Shown here: positions 41,571-55,914 of the stretch, piece after piece
Layout: the number at the start of each line of letters is the position of its first letter
How positions within the stretch are numbered: the first letter of the stretch is position 1
Assembly (NCBI RefSeq): GCF_009914755.1
Contig: NC_060930.1
Strand: one strand, 5' to 3'
DNA length: 64,000 nucleotides
From: the human T2T-CHM13v2.0 reference genome, Homo sapiens
Notes under the pieces: model-generated
What the model was told of the DNA's origin: nothing
Database searches by the model: none
Seen by the model: the letters and a program-made list of their open reading frames with translations, nothing else
Made by a program: the position numbers and the translations under genes

Positions 41571-41979
41571 ACTGCGTTGAAATTTTGTTATAAGGAGCAG
41601 AAATAATGTATATTAAGACTAGCACTCAGCAGATGATAAAGGTTCAAGATGTTATCTACTGTTACTAGTATCAGAAAACTAAAAGATATTATAGTAGTTT
41701 ATGCAATGCTTAAAGTTTTACTCAACTTTTTTTGTTTTTGCTGTAAAATGTAGATTTAAAATCTACAAATTACATTAATTTCCATTCACATTGTACCTTA
41801 AATCCTTTCTCCAGTCTCACCAGAAGAGATGTTCCTCTTTTTGTTCAAGTTTGACTTTTCCTTGGACTACAGAAGCATTTTGAAACAGACAAAATATTTT
41901 GAAAGAAAGGTCAGACAAGACATGGAAATGGAATGGACAGGAAACTAAAAAAAGGGAAGCATCAAATATAGCTGTGTTA

Positions 41980-42242
41980 GACATAAACATGGGAACAGTA
42001 GACGCTATGGACTACTAGAGGAGGAACGGAGGCAGTGGAGTGTGGGTTGAAAAACTACTTGCTGGGTACTATGCTCACTATCTGGGTACAATATACCCCT
42101 GTAACAAATCTGAACATACACCTTCTATATCTAAAATAGAAGTCGAAATTAAAATGTGTGTGTGTGTGTGTATATATATACACACGTATATATATATGTA
42201 TATATATGTGTATATATATGTGTGTATGTACATATATATATA
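41980..42242 (+). mobile_element. Older primate L1 3' tip with (TG)/(TA) microsatellite tail
   Basis: GGGTTGAAAAACTAC...GGGTACTATGCTCACTA...CTAAAATA, then repeat at 42155-42242. Confidence 0.8.
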
Positions 42243-42411
42243 GTTGTGGAATAACTTTGACTATATCTCATTTTTAATTTTCAAATAATGACCATACTTA
42301 CAACAGGAATATTTTAAAAATCATAAAGCCCAGTAAGGAAAAAGCCAGCTTAATTTTTTTTTTTAGTAAATTAATGTTTAACATCTGACAAATATGAGAC
42401 ATCCTTCATGA

Positions 42412-42729
<318 letters not shown>

Positions 42730-43255
42730 TTCATGAGGCTGTTTTCAAATTTACAATATTCATTTCTTCTACTGTCTCAATCTTTAGCTGAACCAATGTT
42801 GTGCAACCGAGAAAGGGAGAGATAACCTGATCTTTGGATTAAGAGAATACTCCACAGTTAGAAGGGTTTAGCAAACATTCAAAAACACTCCATGCCAAAG
42901 TTAAATTATGTAAACCAATTACAAGATAGAAAGGATTCCAAATCTTATATTCCTTGAGCACAACATAGATTGAAAAGGACACATATATAACATAAAATGT
43001 TAATGTACATTAAATGTGACACAAAACTGTTTATTAGCAGCATAATGGGTGACACCAAACTTGGGAAGATAAATATGGGAAGTAAATTTAGAATCAGGAA
43101 ATTTCTAGACAAATTTCTAAAGGAATTCAAAGTCTATATAATGTGATTATCTTCTTATATTTGAGAGAAAACAGACCTAGAGAAGATAAGAGACTCTCAA
43201 GATAACACAGTATACTGTAGACTCTAGAATTAGAACCAGGTAATCTGACAATTAG

Positions 43256-43638
<383 letters not shown>

Positions 43639-44707
43639 TGAATTTTCTTATTTCTTTAAGAGATTATTTTATATTCTTCTATCAATAGATAATTACCAGG
43701 AAGTCCTGCTAAATCTCTAGGTTAGTTAAGTGCTCCTCTTCTGGGTTCCCAGACAACCCCGTACCTACCCCAATTTTAACTCTGTAGCAGAACTTGTTTT
43801 TTTTTTGTTTTTACATGCCTGTCTACCCCTGCTAGATTGCAAACTCTGAGATTTTAGACTGACCCTTAACTTTCATTATATCCCTCAGTAACTAGCACAG
43901 TATTTGGCAAATATCTAATAAGCTATATATATATATATAATGGTTGAACTGATTTGACTTTTTTTGAAGGCTCACCATGATCCTTGTCAACTTCTCCAGC
44001 CTCACATCCCTAAACAGTGGCATAGAAGTCTTAGTTTTAGTTCAGCACAAAGACCAGTTTCTTACTGTACAGCTTCTGTTCAAGCAATCCTTTTCCCTTT
44101 ACTCCTCCCAACCGCCACCACAAGACATCCCACTTCAACTCTCTGGAATCATTTTCTCCTGGAAGTTTTTCCTGACCCATGACCTCTTCCCAAAGTTGGA
44201 TTAATGCTTCTTCTGAGCTTCAATAGCTCTCTGTGCATTTATCTCTGCACTATACACATTACATCATAGGGTAATAATGCAAACACTCCACCCAAGTTCT
44301 TTTTCATTCATGTTGGTATCTTCCAAGATTAGCACACTGCCTGGCACACAGCAGATGAGTTAACAATGTGATTTGAATAAAAAGAACGTGGAACAGGGAA
44401 AGAATCTTGGCACACTGTGTGTTTTAGGGATGCACGGACGTGGAAATGCAAATAATTGGTTGTTTACTATATTTTCCTAAGACATGGCTGGAACTAAAAA
44501 AAAAACAGAAAAAGCCTTTCCAATTTTGAGGCTAAAGTTCAAGTCACAAAACAAGCAATAAAAGCCTGTTTAGCAAGGATAGTAAAATGGTATAGGGCTA
44601 TAAAAGAAGGGACAAATTAGAAATCAGGAAAGCAGGCCATTCATACAAATGCAAATAAATTGGTTCACAGGATAAGAGGACACCCAATCATGTAAAAACT
44701 GGTACAA

Positions 44708-45059
<352 letters not shown>

Positions 45060-45519
45060 TTACAAGACCTCACCATTACTTTCAAATGAATGCACAAAGC
45101 TTTTCCCTTCTAATTCATTCTTATTGTGGTAAAATATACATAACAGAAAATTTACCATTTTAACCATTTTTAAGTGCACAGTTCAGTAGCATTATGTCCA
45201 TTCATTGTTGTGCAACCAACACCACTATCCATCCTAGATTCATTTTTAAAACAAGAGTCGCAGCTGAAATTTTCCTTTCATTAACTCAGCTTTAGCAACA
45301 TACTGAACTTTATGCACCACAAAAGTTTTTGCCAGATAAGGTTCAGAAACAGGGAAGAGTGAAATAAATCAATGATCCTTCGTGGGCTTCTGTTAACGGA
45401 ATGTATTAGCGAAAGGCTTCACTTCATCAGCCCCCTCCCGCCCTTTTTGGCGTCATAAACCAAGAAACAACCAGATCAGCACCCACATCTCCCAAGATGC
45501 AAACACTGGGTCCCGAAAG

Positions 45520-46700
45520 GCATCTGTCCTGCCCCGGCGCAGATCCCCTGCAGCCTCCTTTCCTACTGCACAAATCGACTAGCGCAGGGACCGGGCTCTC
45601 TACCCGGGACTGCACGGAGGAGCTAAAGAGAGAAAAGGAGAAACAACATTGTGAGAAAAACGGCTAAAGTTCTCGAACTCCGTGTTTTTGCCCTCTTCTT
45701 GTTCACTACTCTTCAACCACCTCCAAGTTCCATCCCTTAAACCCACAAGCGAGCCCCTTTTCTTGACGCGCGCCTTTTATTGACGCAAACCTCCCGTTCT
45801 CGCGGGAACTTGGGAACGGGAGCCTGGTAGGGAGGACAAATCTCTCGAAATCTCAGTTGGCGCTGGAGCTGGAGGGGCAGTTGAAGCTCCTGAAGGGCGG
45901 GGCACGGAGCTTGAAGGGGCGGGGCCTAGCCTCAGAGAGGGGAGGGAAGAGGCGGGAGGAGGAGGTGAGAGAGGCCGGGGGCGGGGCCGTGCGGCCGGGG
46001 ACCTGTTGATCGCAGGTATAGCCGGCTGGCCCGGGCTCCCTCGGGACTGGGGCGACTGCGCATGCTCGCTGGCCGCGCTGGGCCAGTAGCCGAGCCGCGG
46101 TGACGAACCGGCTCCGCGGTTGCGGTGTTTGCGGTTGCTGTGATGGCGATGTGAGGGGGCCCGGGGCGGGATGGTGCTGACCCGGGTCGGGCCGTCTTCT
46201 TGCAGCTGGACAACGAGCTCCTCCGTTCGACAGGCGGGGGAAGAGGCCGAGCCGGGCGAGAGGTAACCCCCTTACTGTCCCCTCTGGCTCCCCCGGCTCC
46301 CGACACCCACGACCCCTCCCTCCGTCCCTCTTGCCCAGGGGCCAGGAAGGAAGCGGCCTCCTCTTCGTCCGCCGTTCGCCCGCCGCGGCCCCTCACCCGA
46401 CTGCTGGCGGTCGGAGCCTGGCCCCGGCCCCGTTGAAGGTCGGTGGGGACGGCGGTGCGGAGCGCTCTGAGGGAGGCGAGGGGCCGCGGCGCGCTGCTCT
46501 CCCGGTGCCCGCGGCCGCCCCTGCCCCTGCGCGCGTCCCTCGACCCGTTCTTCCTGAACCTCGCGCCTAGCGTGTTTGCCCTTCACCCCTGCTCCATCTT
46601 CGTCGCTCTGTCCCTCCTTTACCCGCTTTCGTGGTTCTGCTTTTTCATCCCGCGCCTCCCACGTGTCTTTTTGCCCGGGTGGTCCCTCCTTGGGAAGCAG
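45520..46700. promoter_or_regulatory. CpG-island promoter of FAM135A
   Basis: Sharp GC/CpG enrichment; GC boxes (GGGCGGGG at ~45896, 45917, 45979); NRF1-like TGCGCATGCT at 46057; TGACG half-sites at 45764 and 45781; BANP/ZBTB33-like TCTCGCGGGA at 45798-45807. Confidence 0.9.
46070..46262 (+). other. FAM135A: FAM135A exon 1 (5'UTR; TSS approximate)
   Basis: Lies in the CpG island downstream of GC boxes; donor GAGAG|GTAACC at 46262/46263. Confidence 0.75.
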
Positions 46701-47850
46701 CGTATCTCTGTGCTTCCATCCCTTGCCTGGCTCTTCCCTGTCCGGAGCTCCTTACCCTGGCCGACCAGGTTTCTCACTCTTGTTACCTCCATAATTTCTT
46801 CCTTGGTTTTATTTTCCTCTCATCCACCTCCTTTCGGTACTTCCTCCTGGTTCCCTTTTTGTTAGTTGCCGATTGTGTTTTGCTTTAGCATCGCTTTGCA
46901 TTGGAGTTCATTCCATGCCCCATCTTAGCTTCGGAAACCCTCACTGCCTTCTCTTTCCTCTGGTACCCTGCTTCATCGCTTTCTGTCTAATGGCCCCTAT
47001 CCTCACGTCCTTTTCCATTCTGCACCCAGTGAGTCTCTAATCTTAATTTTTTCCCCTCCAAAACTCTTCCACCCTCCCCCCCCCATTTGTATAAGTCAAG
47101 CCTCTTAACTTCATTCCATTTGTTTTACTTTTTATTAAATCTCTGAAGACTTCTTTGTGACATACCCTTCTAGTCCTTGCTGCTTTCTGCCTAAGCTAGG
47201 TATCCACTCAATGTTTCTAGTTCATCTTCCAGTTTAATAACATTTCTTCTTTCTTTACCGGTTGGTGGAAGTATCATCAAAAGAGTGACAGTAGCAACAA
47301 ATCGGTTACACTTACTGATTAAAGCTTTAATTTTTAAGAATTATGTTTACCTGGCATGCCTGGGAAAGCAACTTGAGTACAGACTAAATGAAACTATAAT
47401 GGGTTAAGACTTGTTAAAGGTTGACCTACAAACATACACTTAAAATTTGGAAATTTTCTTGTCCTCCATTAGGTGTAGCTGTCCAAGAACTAATCTTAAA
47501 TGAAATTTAACAGAATTTCTTTTTTAAAATGTATTATTAATTTGTTTTATACATTTGCTATTGCAATTGATTGCATAATTTTCCTGAGAGTCTCTGTTCT
47601 CTAATAAATGCATACAATTTCTGCTACCTTTAGAATTAGTGTGCTTATAGGAGACATACGTGAGAAGTATTAAATTTTTTAATTGAGCAGAAGAACTTTC
47701 TAAACGGTTTTGTAATTTTTTTCCTCCATTGCATTGTGATCAAGATTTGGCTTAAATAAAACTTCTCTTTCCATAAATAATGGTATAGTATCTTATTTTG
47801 AAGGCATCTGCTGAAGCAATTATGTTTAGTGAAGTTTGTCTTTATTGTAG

Positions 47851-47936
47851 GGTTGAAGATCAACTGGATTATGTATTTGGTTCTGGAATCTCAAAGCAGT
47901 CCACAAACAAATTCTTCCTTATGTTGTCTGTGTCAG
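47851..47936 (+). other. FAM135A: FAM135A exon 2 (5'UTR, 86 nt)
   Basis: Acceptor TTTGTCTTTATTGTAG|G and donor TCAG|GTAGGA; fits the recalled exon layout. Confidence 0.7.
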
Positions 47937-49203
47937 GTAGGAATTAAGTTTTCTGTTTCTGTTTTAAGAAGGGAAATACCAAGGCAAAAAAAAAAGTGTA
48001 GTTCCTTATTCAAAGTGATTTAAAGTAAAACTAGGAGGCTCTGGTGTCATCAAACCACACTTCTTTGAGAAGAACTAGCAATTGTGTATGGTAAGAGGTG
48101 ATGCACTCATCAGCTTTTAAGATTTTTTAAAAATGATTTTTCAAATGCAAATAAAGAAACTGCTGCTTCTCAAGGAAGCTTGCACTTCCTTCAAATAAAA
48201 AGCCAGGTCTTTTTATTTTTAGGTAAACATTCATTTTAAAAAAGTAAATGCCTACAAATTCTTGCTGGTATTTTTAGTGAGTTGGTTCCTGTGCTCTTAT
48301 AAATTAAATAGGGATTTGTGGTGGACAGCAGGCAGAAGACTAGAATTTCTAGTCAGAATATATGAACTCTTATGATGACTCATGACATTAGTTTGTAGAA
48401 CCCACTTAACCTGTGTATCTCAGTATCTCCAGCTGTAAAGTAATTAATAGCAAAGCAAGCCCTAATCATTTAAACATGCTTAGGGCCACCGCAGACAAAA
48501 ATTGCTATATAAATACTTAGTTTTTATCTCTTTAATTTTAGACTGTGTAGTAAGAGTATAATTGACTGCTTAAATCCCAAATCAAACATTTCTTTTTTAA
48601 ATTTCAGACTTCTGTGAAAAGTCTAGTAGAATGCTGGTGAACTGTGGACTAGCACTCTATTAGACTTTTCTAATGTACTAGATAGATGTACCAAATAAAA
48701 TGACCTGGCTTTGAAAGAAGTGCAAGCTTCCTTGAGAAGCAGCAGTTCTAATGTACTAGAGTTTTCTAATTAGTACATTAACTAATGTTCACACATTAGT
48801 TAATGTTCATACACAGTGAAACAGACACTGCAGCATTCAGTTTGTAAAACAGATATTCCTTTTGTTTGCCACGAGTTGACACTGAAAGGAAATGTAAGAG
48901 TTACACCTATATCTTTAGTTAATCCTTAATTTTCTGTTTTATATTTTTATTTTGTTTACATTAAATAAAATCTTTATTTTGTTTACATTAAATCCTTGTT
49001 GTGAGGGCTGTTTAGGGGGTAGAAAAGCCAAGGATTTCCTTTGCTTTGATTCTAGGTATTGAGGAAAAAGTGCTTTAACATTGAGTTTTTTATATGTACA
49101 TGTGTGCATTTAAATAAATGGATGGAGCTGAGGGCATATAGATTTGAAGTGTTTTTTCATGAGTTGTTTGTCAGGAAGAAGGTTTAGAGATGACTAGGAA
49201 TAA

Positions 49204-49336
49204 GGTGGGGTGTGGTGGCTCATGCCTGTAATTCTAGCACTTGGGGAGGCTGAGGCAGGAGGATCTCTTGAGGCCAGGAGTTCAAGACCAGCCTGGGCAA
49301 CAGAGCGAAACCCTCTCCTAATTAAAAGAAAGAAAG
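49204..49336 (+). mobile_element. FLAM / Alu monomer
   Basis: Single arm; flanking GGAATAAG duplication. Confidence 0.85.
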
Positions 49337-49819
49337 AGGAATAAGAAGCAGAATGGTAATATAGAAGAAATCATTCTTAATGGACTCAGTGGTTTTTCAG
49401 AAAAGTTACAAAGCATAAGTGATTAGGCAGGTCTAGGTTTTTCAGAAGGAATAAGGTGAAACAACTCCACAGTAGGTTCACATTTTATTTTTAAAGATTG
49501 GCAGTTGTTAACAGGTACATACTTGGTTATTGATAATGTGCTAAATTTAGAAGAAATATTAGCTTCTTTTTTCCTAATAGAAATGTAAAAGTATCAGGCA
49601 TATTATACCATTAAGAGACATCTCCTACTTGAGTAACTAACCCTTCAGGTAGTTCTTATTTTGATGAAAAAAATTTGATAAACTATCTCTCAACCGAGAA
49701 ACCATTCTGAGAAAATTATAGCATATTTCCTTTTATGGCATTAGGTCTCTATGAGATCATACAGAATATAGAACATATTTCTAAATTATGTTATAAATAT
49801 ATTGATAATAGACTGGGAC

Positions 49820-50071
49820 TTTTTTTTTTTTTTTGACAGAGTCCCACTGTATTGCCTCTACCTCCCGGATTCAAGCGATTCATGTGCCTCAGCCTCCCAA
49901 GTAGCTGGAATTACATGCCCAGGCCACCACACCTGGCTAATTTTTGTATTTTTAGTAGAGATGGGGTTTCACCATATTGGCCAGCAGGTCTCAAACTCCT
50001 GGCCTCAAGTGATTCTCCCGCCTCAGCCACCCAAAGTGCTGGGATTACAGGCATGAACTACTATGCCTGGC
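49820..50071 (-). mobile_element. Alu with right-arm deletion
   Basis: Antisense Alu lacking the CCCAGGCTGGAGTGCAG segment. Confidence 0.9.
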
Positions 50072-50869
50072 TGTAGTCTGGGACATTTCTGTTAAGTGTT
50101 ATGAAATGTTCTTTTGCTACTGGTCTTAATTTAACCTGAACTAGAATAAGTATTCCTTTATTGAAATACCCTTGAAGTTGCCTATAGGATGCAGCTGTTT
50201 CATTCATGATTGTTTTTAGAGCAGTGTTAACTATGACACTTGCTCTTTGATGTCTTCAGATTGCCAGCAAGTCAAGGGCTTACATTGGAAATACTGCTAT
50301 CTATAAATGTCTAAGCAGCAAGGTCAGCCCTTATTGGCAATAAAAAATGTAAGACTGTGGAAGCCTGTATACCCTTTACCATCTCTTTTATCTTTTGGAA
50401 TTGAGAATCCCAGATTTTTAGAACAGCCTCAGGTTTACTATATTTGGTATCATCAACAGAGAAACATATAGCTTTTTAAAACATAGTTTGTCTTATATTC
50501 TAAAAAGCGATTCTCATTGTCTTTCCTTTGGAAGATGTCCTTTCTCACCCTCTCCACCAAAGAGAAAAAATTAGTGTTCTATTTTTTTCTTAAGTATTTC
50601 TATAATTCATGCAATATGGCATATGGCTGGCCCTCATGAGTTCATTTTGATGAGTGAGGAATGGCTGCAAAAGTTTCTAGACAAGGGATTTTCCTTACTT
50701 TGTGCCCTTTAGTGTAATGATTCTACTAAGCTCACCTTTGCTGTGAATCACTTTTAAAATGAGATAATGTTTGTGATAAAAGTTGTATATGTGAGTGATT
50801 GTAGGGCAAAAGAAGGTCATGAGTGATGATGATCTACAGAGTGAGGCAAGTGACAGCTGGCTTGGTCAT

Positions 50870-51176
<307 letters not shown>

Positions 51177-51698
51177 TGGCCTGGTCATTTTAGAGCAGGG
51201 ATATAATCCAGTGACTGAGCATGTTTAGTCTCTGTAAGAGGGAGCTTACTTACAAAGTTGGGCAGGAGGTCAGGGCCTCAGCCAATCAAGAAGGAAACTG
51301 AATGTAAATCAAGAAATACGACTATAACTCAGATAGTCGGGCTGAACCAAACCAATACAGACCTAACCAATTCAGGTGGCCAGAATTTACACCAGATAGC
51401 AGGTTTGGGGATGCAAGACTAATCCACATGTCACTGGCTGATTGTTTGCAGTTTACTGCTGTATGGTCTGACTTGGTCAAGATTAGCTCAAAGACTGTAA
51501 GGGCCAGAGCTTATGTTGATTGGAGTTCTGTGCTATAGGTGACTGGGATTTAGGAAAGATGGCAGCTAGGTGTACCTTCTGCCAAGAAACTCATTTTCCT
51601 ACTCCGCTGGGTCGGCTACAGAACATGACTGTTACAATAATACTTGGTTATTTACAACAGAACAGCATTCTCAAGATTTCTAAGAGTATTCCTGTTTT

Positions 51699-52016
<318 letters not shown>

Positions 52017-53196
52017 TTATTCCTTTAGAGAAGGCCCAAGAACATCAATGCAAAATTAGACTACCTAGTATTAAATGTACTGCATTAACCTCCTTCTAGA
52101 TTTAGAACATCTCTCTGTTCCCATCATTCCCATCTTATTTCTGTTGAGCAAACTTGAATTTAATTAAATAGTATGCAGATTACGTGTTTTTCCCTCGGTT
52201 GGTCTCAGATCTGGAATGTCAGTCTCAGTTCCCACATATTGTCATAGTGTAAGCCCCTCATCTAATTGTGTGTGAATCTGCTGTTCCTTCATTTGGTATC
52301 AGTTCTCATATGTCTCTCATAATGTGAGCCTCTCATTACATTGAATGAACATTTCAAAGTATGTATATTTTTTGTACAATATGGCCCCTGAATCCACGTT
52401 TACTACATTCTCTGGTGTTCAGGTGAAGAAATCGAATTTTTTCTTAAAGCTAAAGGAAAAAGTGAATATATTGTGCATAATGAGAGTGATATATTCGTTG
52501 CTAACATGAGGCCTAAGGGATTTTTAAGCGTTTTTAATTCGGTCTGTAGGCGACTTTTGCCTTATGTGGTATCTTTTGGGCATCATTATTCAGACTATCA
52601 GTATTTTGGGCTTTGAACCAATTTGTTTCATGGATGCTAACTTGGAAGTAGAAACTGGAGCTGTTGTCACCATAGTTTATGGAAGCAGTACCGTTTTTCC
52701 TTAGAGTGACAAAAGGGAGTGTCTGGAATCTCCAATTTGTTCAACTTCTTTACCCTCTAGCTTAGGAGAAAGAACATCCTCAGGGCATCTGTGGGTTCAT
52801 AATTCAGGAGTCAAGGCTGTTTGATGATTTCTGTGAGAGAATCTGATCATTCCCTGTGGTCTCCAGTCCATCTTGAGGGACCTGTGTCTCTTAGTTTTGG
52901 ATGTGTCCATTTCCTCTTTTAGGTTCTGAAGCACTCATGAATTCTGACTATGTGCAAGGTGTAGTTAGCTATTGTTTTAGGATCACTGTGGATGGTGCAG
53001 GAACGTCTCCCACATTTTTCCAGATATCCATGCCTGGACTCTCCTTTGTGGATATTGGATGTAACTCAGCTGATCTGATGGGAGCGAAGATGCCTGTAGT
53101 CTTAGGAACTTTGTATGGTTTTATGTACTTAGTACTATATTTGAAGGAGTTAACTATACACTCCAGCAGTTAAAGGGATGGCTTGGTATTCCTAGA

Positions 53197-53979
53197 CTAT
53201 GCTATCCAATAGAAGTATGTGAGATGTATAATTTAAATTTTTCTAATAACCACATTTAAAAAATTAAAAATAAGTAAAATTAATTTTAATAGTAATTTAA
53301 TCCATATTTTCAAAACATTATTTCAAGATGTGATAAATATTTTAAAAACATATTAATGAGATATTTATGTTCTTTTTTGTACTAAGTCTTTGAAATTCTT
53401 TGTATACTTTATACTTACAGCATACCTCAGCACACACTACTTTTTTTTTTTTGTTTTTGGAGACAGAGTCTTACTGTGTCGCCCAGGCTGGAGTGTGTGG
53501 CGTGATCTCAGCTCACTGCAGCCTCAACCTCCTGGGCTCAAGCAGTCCTCCCACCTCAGCTTTCTGAGTAGCTAGGACCACAAGTGTGCACTACCACACC
53601 CAGCTAATTTTTGTATTTTATATAGAGACACGGTTTTGCCATGTTGCCCAGGCTGGTCTCGAACTCCTGAGAGCTCAAGCAGTCTGCTTGTCTCAGCCTC
53701 CCAAAGTGCTGGGATTATAGGTGTGAGCCACCACGCCTGGCCCACACTACTTTTTTTTAGTGTTCTACATTTTTAACTATTAAGGTAAAATGTAATCCCA
53801 TCAAAATGATAAAGCTATGTTTAATGGAAAAATATTTTACACTGCTTCTGTGTTTGGATTTAAATTTAAATTAATTTAAAATTAAATAAAATTAAAAATT
53901 CAGTTTTTCAGTCACAGTAGTCACATTTCACTCGTTCAGTGGACACATGTTACAATGGCCACCATGTTGGACAGAGCAG
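53197..53979. mobile_element. MER3/MER33-like Charlie element interrupted by an AluJ
   Basis: Ends CTATGCTATCCAATAGAA... and ...TTGGACAGAGCAG next to CTAGA sites. Confidence 0.65.
53441..53742 (-). mobile_element. Alu (AluJ)
   Basis: TSD CACACTACTTTTTTT. Confidence 0.93.
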
Positions 53980-55344
53980 CTCTAGAGGACCAAGAATGTC
54001 TTTCAGATTAATCAGTAAGTTTGTTTCTTTGAGAGTAAGCTAACTTTCCCCAAGGTATTAATAAGGTAGTTGTCAGATTGTTTACCCTATCAGGTTTGAC
54101 TGGCAGAGAAATCAAATCCCTTCTTGTCTCTAAGGGCTTTTCACGTAAGTTTCTCACTTAGTTTCAGAGTCATTTCCTGTTTGGGATCCCCCTCTAGCTT
54201 TTTTGGATTGGTGTTTGTAGTTTACTTGGCTGGATTCTCACTTAGTGACCTGGGATATGACCCAGTAAGGAGCCCCATTTGAATAGACCTCCAGATGATT
54301 TCAGTTTTATGTCACTTTGCCAGGGCCAGTAGAACAGAATGAACAATTCAGTCTCCGGTAAGTCAGCTGATTCCAGTCATTTCAAAGGCATAGGTTTAAA
54401 GTAACAGGTTCCAAACCAGCCAGCAGACTGTGCAGGAGGGTCATGAAACTCTTAGCTTCTTGTAGATACAGAGAGTTCCTTGCAATGGAGAATCTGCCGT
54501 GCATCATCTGGGTAAAAGGAAAAAAGCTCTTTCTGCAACTTCTTGAGATGACAGACCTGAGTTTTTTTGGTTCATAAGTGGCGTTAAGAATCTGTGTAAG
54601 CAAGAGATTTTGCACTGTTCGCCCACAGAATGAATTTGCTCTGTTGTTGAATTTTGTTAGAAATACACAGTTTGTTTAGTTTTTATAACTAGTTGGTGGC
54701 ATCTAAAATTAAGGAGATTTCACCTTTAGGGACAAAAAAGACTTCCAACTACCTCTTGAAAATTTAGAAGACCCTGATAGTGTTACGCCAGCAAGAACTG
54801 ACTGGAGCTAAGTAGCCATTGCTCCCTATAGCTGGAAAACAAGTAGTTTCTAAGAAGAGGATCAAACAGATCCCCTTTCACTCCAACAGTCCTCTGAATT
54901 TTTTTTCCCTTGCTCTCTTTTGCCTGCTCTCCTTTTCCTTTAGTCCCTTTTTTGTATTTTTTCTTCTACTACAAAAATAAAAATATTCCTTCTGTTAGGC
55001 AGAGGGGAGGTAGTGGAAAACAGATTTGTCAGCATCATTATGTATATATATGTACATGTATGTTTCTATTTAGGGGATAATCAATACAAAAGAGGTAGAT
55101 TAAAGGAAATTAGGCAGCAACAATAGAACAAAAAGCACAACAGGATACAAGAGTAAGAGTGGAAGAAACTGCAAACAGGCCTTGAACTTATACTGATAAA
55201 GGAATTTTATCACCAAAATTTGTTCATGCATATTTCTGCTTTCAGTATATCAGTGTAATAATTCCTTTCTCCAAGTTGGTTGAGTTTCAATTGAAGACAA
55301 GTAATAATAGTTACTATTTATGGAATCTTTAATGCTAATTTATT

Positions 55345-55900
55345 TTTCCTTAAATATTAAGTTGAGTACTATGTGCCAGACAATAGGAATATAGCAGTGA
55401 ACAAAGTAGTCAGAATGTCCTGCCTTCGTGGAACTTTCATTTTAGTGGAGGAGAAACATTAAAGACTAATAAGTAAAATATTTAGTATGTTAGGTGGGGA
55501 TAGGTGCTGAGGAAAAAATAAAGGACTAAAGAGATATGGTATGCCAGGAATAAAGAATTAATATTTTTGATAGTGCAGCCAGAAAAGGCCTAATTGAGAA
55601 GCTGGTATTTGAGTCAAGGCCAGAGGGAACTGAAGGAGTGAGTCCTGTGGATATCTGGAGAGAAGAATGTTCCAGGGAACAACGAGTGCAGAGGCCCTGA
55701 GACAGGAATATATTTCATGCGTTCAAAGAGTAGAAAGGAAATAAGTATGATGGGAGTGAGGAGAATCGTAGGAGATGAAGTCAGAGAAGATTCAGATTAC
55801 ATCATATAATTTTATAAGCCATTTTAAGGCAGTAAGATTGGAAGCCACAGAGGGTTTGGAACAGAGGAGAGAGACAAAAGCTGGTTTTTTGAAAATAGCC
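55345..55900 (-). mobile_element. L2 fragment
   Basis: TTGAGTACTATGTGCCAG...GCAGTGAACAAA...GAGGCCCTGAG. Confidence 0.7.
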
Positions 55901-55914
55901 TGAAGAGGGGGAAT

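Noticed and set aside
45932-46888. Overlapping 70-154 aa ORFs in the CpG island
   Set aside because: Expected from stop-codon scarcity in GC-rich DNA; low-complexity R/P/G/A content; most have non-ATG starts.
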